From contig RHPI01003156.1 in NCBI GenBank assembly GCA_009103225.1, positions 740,159 to 804,158 on the forward strand: a stretch of DNA of 64,000 nucleotides, written 5' to 3'. Below, one piece after another: positions 37,401 to 49,000 of this stretch. A model generated the notes under the pieces. That model was not told the origin of the DNA. It ran no database searches and worked only from the letters and a program-made list of their open reading frames with translations. The number at the start of each line of letters is the position of its first letter. The first letter of the stretch is position 1. A program made the translations under genes and the position numbers. The stretch is from Chlorokybus atmophyticus (taxonomy: Eukaryota > Plantae > Mesostigma and Chlorokybus algae).

Positions 37401-39130
37401 TTCTCCAGCAGCAGCTAACGCTGTTGAGGGTAATCGGGGAGAGCGAATTTTTTGCAAGCCACGGCGATGCTCTAGAATACTTAGCATGCCTGGCTCCGCG
37501 AGAAGGTCCAGCACGTACTCCCTGGTAAGACATGCATCAATAACGGACCACTAGCTTGCCACACACATAAGAGACGATCTATGTTCACATACCCGCCGTC
37601 TTCCACCTGTACAATGACCATGGCACCATCCTCTTGGCCTGTATAAAACTCTCCTCTCAACACCCTTGCTGGTAGCCCGACTGCGTCCGCCAGAACCTGC
37701 CCCATATGCAAACGCGGAGTTAATATGTATAAACGACCGAGCAGCTGGATACCAACCACATAATCGTATGACAACTGGATGAGCAGCTTGCATTCCAGAC
37801 ATGTCACACCTTAAAGAGAAGGGCGCGATGGCGCAACAGACCGTAATGTATGCTTCCGATGTGCAGGACCACCGACCTAGGATCAGCATGTCAACAACAG
37901 TTTGATGAACACTCTTGTTACCAATTCTGTCCAATGACCATAGCAGTCTTTCGTCACACCTGCATTTCTGCTTCTCGCGGCTTGCATCCAAAAACCACTT
38001 TTCTCTAAGATTTGGCTCGGCGCTGAAACTGCCTCCACATCGCTCTGAGACCAGCTGGGCCAGCGACTGCGCCTTGGTTGCATTGTTGGGCAACATCACA
38101 ACCATATCAACAGCTCTGTGAACACCATGTCAGTTCGCTCTGCACATGACAACATGCAACACCTATTGTGAACAGCTGAGGCATCTAAGTGCCTTCACAG
38201 GGCTTACATCTCTTCCAGCTTGCAAAGAGCCGTGTCATTGCTGTGATCAACTAACAGCACCTCTCGCGAATCTCCATTCACTGGCTTCAACCGTTGCAAA
38301 TCAGGCAGTGCGGGCATGGCTCCATACTCAACCAACTCTAAGAACTCGCCAAAAACATCATAAAACCCATCAGGTACACGATCCCGATACTCCAGATGGT
38401 TATCCGACTGCAGAAGCAGCAGTGCATGATGTGGAGTCAGTACCTTGTCCATGTATGCATCCTGCTGCAACACACATGACTTCACCGTCAGAATCATACC
38501 CAATAGCGATAGGACAAAGCCTCAGCTTGGCGATGCGCTGCTGTGCCTGGCTTGCCAAGCGATTCGCGCTTAGCTGCTGCTACGTCAGCATCGTCAATTG
38601 AGGCTGCAGGATCAGATCTTACTGCTACATCTCCAGCCACGGACATGCTGAGTGCTTTTGCCAACTCCAGCTGGTACTCTTCCTCTTGCTGTATGCAACA
38701 TGGGCATGAGAACCAAGTAACAAACGCACATCACACAACTTGTACAGTAGCAATGTATACTGAATCGCATGCTGGGTACATCATGCTACAACTCCATGTC
38801 AGCCGAGTACATGTACCAAGCAGGCAGTTGAAGCTAGGAGGTTACACACAACAAGAGTACACCTTACAGCCATCTAACCTTGAGGAACACAGGAACTTCG
38901 GAGTCATAGAAGTCATTGGCTCCGAAGGAGTTACTGCGAGACAGTGAGGAAAGGTGATTCGCACTGCCACCAGAGCTTGCAAGGCTGGTTTGGCTGCCCG
39001 GCTCACTGTGCTGCAGCCTAGGCAGCTGGTCTGCTCTGCCGGAGTCTGGACGCCCAGGAGTGCGTTCCGCCGCGGTATGTCCATCCCCATGCGGAGTTGT
39101 TAAGTGAAGGCGACGAAGCAGGTGCTTCAT
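34450..39130 (-). CDS. Raf-like MAPKKK of the EDR1/CTR1 (B3) group
   Basis: N-terminus [13 protein letters not shown]1 domain ([51 protein letters not shown]) and kinase motifs [42 protein letters not shown] and [24 protein letters not shown]. Confidence 0.93.
37106..37276. other. Assembly gap (N 37124-37260) flanked by C-rich runs, within the EDR1-like gene
   Basis: 137 N between C-tracts. Confidence 0.97.
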
Positions 39131-39709
39131 CGCTCTTCAACCTACAAGCAGATGCGGTGCACTGCTCAGACCTCAAATGCATGCTTCCACTTGCGCACAC
39201 AGTGCTGCTGTCACATCCAAGCACAAGTATGACTGATATTGCATTGAAGATACATGTCATGCCAACACAGCGTCTCGATCAGAAGCAACAAATTGAATGA
39301 TTACATCCACAGTCGCAAGTTCTGAGGCTGAGACAACAACCGAAATGCCAGATGTGACTTCAACCTCCAACAAACAACTGACCTAACCACATAAACGGAT
39401 ATGCGGTAGGCGTAAACTAGAGGTAGTGTACTGGGGGCCAGGGCAGCGTCTTCAGCGGACAAAGCAATAACCAAAACCAAGCAAGACACGGCTGCTTCCG
39501 TCCTCTACTAGCAAGTCGCCTAATAGCTGCAGCTCAGCATGAACTAATCGGTAGGACCATTACGTAACAAACGACGCAGCAGTGTGCCTCCGCAAATCGT
39601 TCCCTCCGAAATAGGATGACGATGGCTTCAGCTTGAAGAACCAAGTACACATGTACAGTACACAAGAAGCTTAACTGCGCCTCACCTCAGAGACACCAAC
39701 CCATGTGAG

Positions 39710-39718
39710 TTAGGGTTT
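39710..39718 (-). promoter_or_regulatory. Telo-box upstream of the EDR1-like kinase
   Basis: TTAGGGTTT on + (AAACCCTAA in gene sense), near the GC-rich leader region. Confidence 0.45.
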
Positions 39719-40625
39719 CACTGCTTGTCTGCTCCAGCTGCGATCCATCCAACCAGTCAGCCCGCCGGGCACCAGAGACCTCACTAATCAGCACTATAAC
39801 CTCTCAGCTGCCCTCGCTAACTCCCGCCCCCGCCGTCCCTGCCGCCGTCGCCGCCGCTATCGTGCACACGCTGAGCAATGCGGGGAGCATACTGCTGTTA
39901 GCTCCAACCGAGATCTACTTAGTTAGCCACGACACTTCTTGTGCACAACGCAGTTACGTGAAGGTGTCCCACTTTCCCAGTTAGTGCATTGGCTGGGGCG
40001 GGCGGGCGGCGGTGTCGGTGTGACCGTGGCTAAAGTCAGTCGGCTGAGTGACAAACATCCTTGCTTGCTACTGCACGCTGGGTATGCGGTACTGAGTGGT
40101 TGTCGCTATGAGCATGCAATCTCAAACTGTTGAGTGGAACCAAAGTCACGCCAGGCTTCAAGCCATTAGGCCTTGAAGCCTGCCGCGACTCAAAGGCTGA
40201 TGGCTGGAAGTTTGGAGTGACTCGCTTTCAACCTAGCAAGCCAAAGGCCTTTGGCTTGCGTTGCTTGGTGAAGTCTGTAGCATGGCTGTTCCAGCTCTAA
40301 CAAGCCCCAATCGGGTGCCGCACTGCATACGTACACGATGAGTAGGCACGTAATAATGAGCGAGTTTACATGACATGCATACTTTGCCCATTGACAGCAC
40401 TTGCAATATGCAACTTGATGGGCATTTAGATTTGCTTTAACATGCCAGTCTTATGTTAGCAGCGCAGTAAGCGCGCGCTTCTGCTCTCATGCTTGGTATT
40501 GCTGCTGTTGGCATGTTGTGATCCGGTGCCGTTGTTCGCGAGCCTACTCTCATGGTGTTTATACATTCAGGGATCAGCTGTAGTGTCCGTTCTGTTTGCT
40601 GAGTGCTTCTGGCACAATGGCGGAC

Positions 40626-42312
40626 ATGTCACAGCCTCTGGTGACCCCATCAAATCCAGCACCCAGCTGGCTGCGCCAGTCGCTGCCGCTTGGCTACGTC
40701 ATGGGCATTCCAGTGCGGCTGCACGTCTTGTTCTTCATTCCGATGGTACCCATGCATTCATGACGAGAAAGCCGCATATGCACCGGCTGCATGTATGCAT
40801 GCACTTGCCACGTAGCAAGCATGTCCGTGGACTCGAGGGCACTTCCGCCAGTATCATAAACTCGCGTGTTGATGGCAGTCGTGCAGGAGTATTGCATTGT
40901 GGTGGCATGCGGGCTCTCATTTGCGTTGCAGCTGTGTGCTTGCAGCGTCTAGCTCATCATGCATGCAAGCGTCAAACCCACTTCTGTCATGCCAGGCGTT
41001 GCAGCTTGCTGTGGTCACGGTCACAGGCTTTTCGCTCAGATCGTTCCTGCTGACTGCGCTGCTGCTTGGGCCAATTCTGTTAATTACAGTCCTGATACAC
41101 GAATTGGGACACTGTATGGCGACGCATTCCGTTGGTGGGACGGTATATGGCATGTAAGTCCAACTGTTTCCGCAATGTAATTATGGTGATATTGTGCAAG
41201 ATAGTACAGCTGACATATCAGAAACCTATAAACATGCGAGTTGGCTTGATTTGGAGTCTGTGCATGCGCATGTCATATGCATCTACATGTACCAGATTAG
41301 ACATGTAACGCCGCATGTAACACTTGATAACGGTTTGGTGTACGACAGCTTGCTGTGGCCGCTTGGTGGATTGGCGTTCATAGGTACGCTCTATACTGTA
41401 TGCACCATTCCTTGCACCGCGTATGGCAGTATGTAAATCCACCATTGCACTTGTGTAATGCTTATACCATCTCATTGTTTGCGCCACAGGTCATGGGGGT
41501 GGGCCAGCCGATGATGTCAAAGTAGCTTTGGCTGGCCCATTAACACATCTACCGCAGGCAAGCTCACCCAGTAACGCCTTGACGCTGTGATGACACACTT
41601 ACCAAAATCCGATTTATAAACAGGCTGCAGTTTGGGCCATTTTGGCACTGATAGCAGGAGGAGGGAAGATCTTGTGGCACTACAGTGGACCGTTGCCAGG
41701 GCATTTCTTCGCTGTGCTGTTCACTGAGGCTCTGAAACTCCAGCTTTTCTTGATGCTCTTCAACCTTTGCTTGCCAGCCTACCCTCTGGATGGAGGTAGA
41801 GATGGGTCACGTCTTGCGTACACGCGCTGATGTTGGTTTGGACAGTCTTGCGACAGAACTCTGCACTGTCAGTCTCTGACTCTCAGACAATCTGGTTGGG
41901 TATCCGCAGGCCGCATATTTGCAGATGCGCTTCTGTTGTTTGGCTTGCCTGTGCGCACGGCAGCAATCGTAACAGGTACCTTGCCACTAGTCATGCACGT
42001 TACCATAGCTGTGACTGCATTTGCTTGCGGGAACAGCAACACAGTCAATAGCGCACATTGCGGACTTGCAATGTGAAGCTGCTCCTGCGACACTGCGTCA
42101 ACTCCTCACTCTCCTTTTCAGGTGGAACCTCCCTCATCCTTTCTGTTGGTCTTGTGCTGTGGGGTTTCTCGGGCGCGGGTATGCTCGCATCTGCGGTCGG
42201 GGTGTGGGTTGGCTACCAGGCGTTCCAGCTGCTCCAGATGGTGCGGGCCGGCACAGAGGAATCGCACCCAATGTTCCACTACAGTGACGAACAACCTGAG
42301 AATGGTATTTGA
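40626..42312 (+). CDS. Site-2 protease, peptidase M50 family
   Basis: HELGH zinc motif (41098-41112), LLWPLGGLAF, VALAGPLTH, FNLCLPAYPLDGGR and hydrophobic helices. Stop TGA at 42310-42312. Confidence 0.9.
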
Positions 42313-43559
42313 AAAGATGCTCTGCTGCTTGTAGTGTAACAGCTGTAGTGTAAATGCTCAATGTATTCATGTCATCTCATGATGGAGACTGTAGATAGTT
42401 GGTTGTCCTTGATAACATCGCTGCGCATGGCGTTGGTTATTCCCTTGAGATGTGTATGAGCGCAGTTTGGTAGCAGGCAGGCTGTACATTTCACACACGG
42501 GACCAACGTAGCATGATTAACCCTCTTTGTTTACCGAAACATACGATTGCAAAAGCAGCCCATTGTCTACCTATCACACCTAATCAGGAGAAGTAGCAAC
42601 TGATCTTCATGACCACACACCGCGATGTTGCTGCTGTGGTGTCGTCAACATGGTTGCGGCGCTATGCACTATTGTGGTGTGTTCTATTTGAGAAGGAGGC
42701 ATCACCCAGTGGAAATGTTGTCAAACAGTGTTGTGCATGCGCCGGTATGTATGCTGGACGCACACAGTGTTTAGCAGAGTATGCTTAGGGTATTGACGAA
42801 TAGCAATTAGCATGCAACCTGTTGTACTGATTAGAATAGGTCAGCAGCTGGAACAGCGACTTGTTCTCTTTGGCCAGGGCGCTGCACTTGTGCGGGAGCT
42901 ATGTGAGTTGCTTATCATCTCGGCACTTCAAGGTGGCTTATCCCNCCACCACCCACCACAAATGGAAACAAGAAGCCCACATCCCTAGAGCAGCCTAACA
43001 TGTACATGCACGTACAAGCGCATGGCAGCATGCACGCAAGCATGCAAACGTAAGTTGGAGCAAGTGTACACATCTGCCGACGTCTGCCCACCACCCACCA
43101 CCACCACCACCACCACCACACACACACACACACACAGCCCGTTTGGGCAAGGTAATGATAAACGTGCGCATGTACATGCATGTCTAACAGGGAAGGCTAG
43201 TAGCTGGTAGTTTAATGCAGTAGATTGGCCCGGTGGTGACAACGGTGAGATGTATACCAGTATGCTTGTAATGCCGGAGTGATTGTGTGCATTGCATGCG
43301 TGTGCCTAATAGCACGTCATAACCTGTACACACACAAATCCCATGTGGGCAGGTAATTGACCACTAACATGCATGCATGCATGTCTATACGGGGAGGTCT
43401 AGTGTAGTGAGTTAGGTGTGAATGGACAGTGTATGTAGCCGGGTGGTGGTGTATACCAGCGTGTTGGTATGCTGCTGTTTAAGTCATGCATAATTACAAC
43501 TACTGCGCACATATCCTGTACACCCACCCACCCACTCACCGGGTACCCACCCACAACAC

Positions 43560-44774
43560 ACCATGGCTACCGCCACATCCGCCACGAAGGCGGCTTTCAT
43601 TGTTATCGGTGCTGCTTGCAAGCCCTGCAACCCCTCATGATCGCCACTGCTTAGCTCCACGCTTCAGCGTGCCACGCTGACAGTGTGCCTACGCAGGCTG
43701 CGCTCGCTGCAATCATTACCGCCACGATATTCAAAGGACACTTAGAGGGCACGTGCAGTGTGCGCCTCGTTCGGCGGAGCTGCGGCGTCGCTTTTTCCAA
43801 GTGGTAGTGAGATGGTTGCCGCCATTAAGGGCGTCGTCGATACCGCGGCCGGCGCACGCTCGTTTTAGCAGGACTTGCGCGTAGCAGTTGATTCATTGCT
43901 GCTGGCGTCGCGTCGCCTGATACCGCCGTTCTTGGCATTAGCGTGCACCACGGCACGTTCATTGCAGCAGAACTTGGGGAGACGGTAGACGCTTCCATGG
44001 TTCAACTATGGCAGTGCTCTCCACGACCGTGGCGCCTCAGTGGATGACGTGTCACGGGGGGTGCTGGTGCGTGGCTGACAGAAATGCCATTGACACCGAC
44101 GACAAAATTATTCAGCGACACTTTTTGGCATTGTGCGTACGCTTGGGGCTACGACACCCGTTGTTGGCGGGCGTGACGCACTGCGCCTGGTGCGGGGCAG
44201 TCAAAGGGCACTCACTTGTTTCGCTGCGGCGTGTGCCGAGCGCGTACCGCCACACACTACGCTGTGCGTGACGAGATGTTTGCCTTGCTGACGGACGCGG
44301 GGTTGGTGGTCAGCCGCGAGCATTCCGTTCCGGTTTCATGCCCATCAATGCGGGAGAGGTGCGGGGCAGACGGTTGGACTTGGTGGCATCCAAGCCGAGC
44401 CACAACAGGAAGCTGCTGCTGGACGACACGGTCACGGTGTGTGGGGATATCAATCGGCGAAGCGTTGCAAGTATGGTGACCACCCGTCGGGAGACGCCTT
44501 CTACCTGCTCGCGATGGAGACACAGGGGACGCTGGGAGAGGACTTTGAGCATGTGCGTTTGCGTGCGCGCCACATCGCCACTGTGCACGGGACGGAGCCA
44601 CGCCGACTAGAGGGCTTCATCCGCATTTGCCGTCAGCGTGTGGCATGCGCCTTGCAGCAGGCGCAGGCGCTAGTAATCTTGGAGCAAGGAGCTGCGGCGG
44701 TGGCCGCGGTGCCGGGATGGGATCCTATGGCGCAAGGCCCTCCAACTACTGAGGCAGACGTTGTGCTTGCTTAA
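43560..44774 (+). mobile_element. 5'-truncated, decayed non-LTR retrotransposon with restriction-like endonuclease (CRE-like)
   Basis: Frameshifted remnants: FLALCVRLGL, CCHC-type CAWCG...HLFRC...THYAVRDEMFALLTDAGLVVSRE, RRLDLV...LLLDDTV, and FYLLAMETQGTLG...QRVACALQQAQA. This is the typical C-terminal order of RLE-type LINEs. Confidence 0.7.
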
Positions 44775-44977
44775 CATGACGGGGTGTGCGTATTGATTGT
44801 GTACTGTTGAGCAAAAAGGTATTGTGGCAGCACTGACAGCGGACGCTTGTATGTTAATGATAACAGGGGTTGAGAGATGCCCACGCTTCAACGCCACCAA
44901 GTCGACTCGGCGGTTATCTGTCTCAACCCAAAAAAGTAATGAGCACCCTCCAGTGAGGTGTGGCAGGCTGATGTGTT

Positions 44978-45347
44978 GATGATATGGCATTGAGCGACTC
45001 GCATTGTACTCACCCATGTGTAACTGTATCTGTTAATGTGACTATCTTCAAATGCTTGGTAACTGTAAGCAGCAATGCACATGTGGTGGTTGTTGATTGT
45101 AGATAGAGAACGGTTGTCTTTACAACCGGATTGGTATCACTCACCAATACTACCTGGGATGATATGGCATTGAGCGACTCGCATTGTATTGCACCCATGT
45201 ATAATTGTATCGAATAATGTGACTATCTTCAAATGCTTGGTAACAGCAAGCGGCAATGCATATGTGGTTGTTGTTGATTGTGGATAGAGAATGGTTGTCT
45301 TTACAACCGGATGGCATGGTATCACTCACCAATACTACCTGGGATGA
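44978..45347 (+). repeat. Two tandem copies of a ~180-bp unit
   Basis: GATGATATGGCATTGAGCGACTCGCATTG...TACTACCTGG starts at 44978 and 45158. The copies differ by scattered substitutions and a small indel. Confidence 0.93.
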
Positions 45348-46015
45348 TTTGTCGAGCTGGTTTGCAACTGCGAGAACTGATCTGTCAAGTTGTTTACAAC
45401 ATCATTGGCCAGCTGCGAACTGTAATTGTTACACAAGGGCCAGCCCCCTGCCAGCTCTTGCCATTGTTACTGGTTGCTCCTGCTCCTGCTCATACTGCCT
45501 GTATAGTGGAAGAGTGGTGTGTGTGGATAGAACCATGTGTACATGTGTACAAAAGATGCGAAAGGCAATTAGTACATGCAAACCGACGTGCACATGCAAT
45601 GTTACCAACATCACAACCACTCACCAACTTGACCACCGGGCTGAGGCATGCGCCTGCTATCTGTCAACTACTACTAGACCAAACCCCTACTGCCCCCCTG
45701 TTAGACAAGCATGCACACAGCAATGATAGTCACCTGCACATGCGCCTTGTGTAAGCGCATTGCTGTGCATGCAAGGAGCTTTGCTGTAAGTGAACGTATA
45801 TTCAAAGGAGGAGCCCCAGCCACAAGCTGACTACAGAGAAACAGCTGACACACAAATACCACTGTGACATAAGGCTGGAGTAAAGAATGCTAAGCACGTA
45901 ACTGTTGCAATCACACTGTTCTGTTCAGGGCTGAGACCATTGCCAATCCGTGCGACGCACTAACCCTGCTCTGAGATTGCAAACAGACTACATATGTACA
46001 ACGTTCTACAGTTTT

Positions 46016-49000
46016 TCAGCTCTGGAGCGACAGCGGGGTGACTCCGTCACCAGGCACGCTGGACGTGGTACCAGACAGCGGGCTGAGCTGAGCTCCAGCG
46101 CTGAGCTCCCTTCTTTGCCAGGTGCAGGTAGTGGGGTCCAAGTAGAGCTCCCACATCGGCCAGTAGTGGAGATCAAGCTTCACTGTGAGCACCTTGGACT
46201 TGCCTGTGAGGTTGACTGTCTTGACGCGAACAAAGGCACCATCCGGAAGGGACTGCGCAAGGCTCACGAAAGTGTCCAGGTCAGCTGTTTTGTGTCCGTT
46301 GATTTCGGTGATCCACTGAAGGGCGTACAGCCCGTGCCGGTGCACGGGGCTGCCGGAGTACCACCTTGATACAAACACGCCGTACCCCTCGGGAGGCAAG
46401 TAACCCAGTTCCATCACAGCGCGATGCGGCGCCTGGAGCAGCGCACCAGCCCAGTGTATCATCCGGGACGTGCCGCGCCCGTCCAGCTCGGTAATCTTGA
46501 CGGCGACTGCAGTCTCTCTGCGCTCTCTCAGTACCGTTAGGTGAAGCACACCGGGCTCTCCACCGTTGTCTTTGTTGGAGAACGCATTGTCACATGTGCG
46601 AGATACATCTCGGAAGCAGATGATGGGGCGGCCATTGGCCTGCAGTTTGCATGCATAAGGAGTAAGTAGGTTGTGGGTTTGGGACGAAACCCTGGCAATA
46701 GCATACACACAACAGTACAAAAGGTGGCAATCAGTGTTTGCACCTGCAATAGGAGATCACCAGGACGAAGCACATCGGCAGCAGGAGAGCCTGCAACACA
46801 ACCTCGCACTTGCAGGACCTGTCGCCTTCGAGGATCCTTAGCGCTCAGCATCTGTTGACAAGCGCAGGTCAAGTTTATACCAACAACCACATGTGCGACA
46901 ATGGGACACTCGTGCAACACTTTTGTGGCCATGTCTTGGACACGCACACACTTTGTTGTGTTTATTGTTTGCACCATGCAACCAACCTTGATCCACGACT
47001 CAGAAAGCCCAAAGTCCCTAGCCTTGCTTAGTGGCAGCGGATGCAGCTCTACATCCAGCACGCTGACATGTGTGCTGCGAGGCATGCGGCCAGTAATGCC
47101 GCGTATGACATTCTCCCTTGATGAGATCAGGGCCTATGTAAAAGCGCTGATGAGTCTATGCGTGCAAAGTACCATAGCATACCATCCGCAGTGCTGAATA
47201 CTGCATACCTGAACAGTGGGTGCAATGGCATCCATGGAAAGGCCACAGACGAACTCTGTGTCTTTGGTATCACCACTGGACAGCCTGTCTTGCTTGCTAT
47301 AGCTGCCCCACAATGCTCGCACCTGTCACGGAGCTGCTCTTAGCATGCCTATTAAGCCTAGCAGTAGTAGTGCAGAATGCACACAAAGCTGCCACAAGCA
47401 TACCCTGCCAGTGTCATCGCTCAGCACACCAGAAAATGTTGAACCAAAGTCTGTGTCCAATACGACGACTTCTTCATTCACAGCACGGTAGCGCGGGACG
47501 GACGCCGAAGGAATGTTCACAGAGGCATGTGCGTTTGTCACAAGCGACCTGCAACGACAGCAGTCAAACAACCACACATGCTTGCAGACAAGATGGTCCT
47601 AGCCATTGGCACCCTGTCACCTCACCTGCGACTCGTGGCACGCAAGTTGCGCATCAGACCAACCAAGTGCACTGCATCGCCTTGCTTAAGAACCGGCTCA
47701 GGCAGCAATACCGCGGCGCGTATGGCAGCCCTTGCGTTTGCCGGCATCATGCATGGCTGGAAAGCCAGGATGGCGAAGTTGTGGATGGGATGCAGAAACA
47801 CAATCTCTGCGGGCACATCAATGGGATATGCGGCAAAGGACAACATAATGTCCGCAGCCGATGTAGGAACTGTGTTGCGGTCCACCAGAACCAATCCCAG
47901 ATCCTACACACAAACAACAATGTCATGCAACAGGTCTGTGCAAAATGCACGCATACTAGAGGTGATCAGTGCAAACTGCCACAGCTTCACCTCCGCCTGG
48001 TGAACGACCAGTCCGGTCCCGTCAAAAGACTTGCCGTGCACACCGTCAACCAATGCCACCGGTGGAATGTGGACCTAGACAATGATCACACAACAACAAG
48101 GTCACATGCGTTGGCTCAAGACACTCTACATCACACGCGCAATGCGACTACCAAACCACACCAAGCGATGGTAGCACTGCAGTAAGCTTACAGCAACACC
48201 AACTTGCTCACTGACTTGCTGCCAACGAGAGCGCTGACAGAGAATTGGATAGAGCTGCTTCTAGTGACAAATCCAAACGCGTACCTCTACCAGCGCCAAG
48301 CTTTTCTCAACAATATCCTGTGCAGTGTCAGCTTGCACTGCTGCAGCCTCTTCCTCCTCAGGTGCAGACCAAGGCTTGGAATCAGCCATATCACCAGCAG
48401 TTGACATCAGGCTGAATGCATCTTCAAGTTCCGGAGGTGGCGAGCGATGTTGAGCAGGAGACATAACGCATGGCGACTGCATTAACATTATGTGAGTAAC
48501 TTTGATTGCAGCGAACGACTGAGATGATGTTACGCAACAACACGAAGTACAACATTCATGCTGCTGCACATAGATGCTGACACAGCAAGCCAAGGGGCAG
48601 AAAAAATGCCATGCGCGCATGCATGAAGCCAGTCCGCCACCAATACCTCCGGCGGAGCTGCAGCGAATGCTTCCCTTGACCACCAAAGACCGGACGAGTC
48701 ATCTCTGTTGTAAAGCCTTGGACTCGCATACCATCGCCAATCCACTGTGACCAAGACAGACTGCACACATGTTGCAATTAGCAGCTGTGAAACAAAACAC
48801 AACTTCAATGTGGTACCAAGCCGTGCACAATCCCACCTTTTTGTGATGTCGATTGGACGTCGTTGTGAACTCAAGCGGTACACGTGAGCCCTGCGCTTGT
48901 TGAGCTAGTGCTTCAATGAAAGCGTCCAAGTTCGGGGTTGGAATGCCGGCGAGAGAGTGAATCATTGCTTGCCTGCCAAAGGGACTCAGCAACAATGCAA

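Noticed and set aside
44978-45347. Possible CRISPR-like array (also 23551-23683)
   Set aside because: These are simple tandem duplications with no repeat-spacer structure, in a eukaryotic context with no cas genes.
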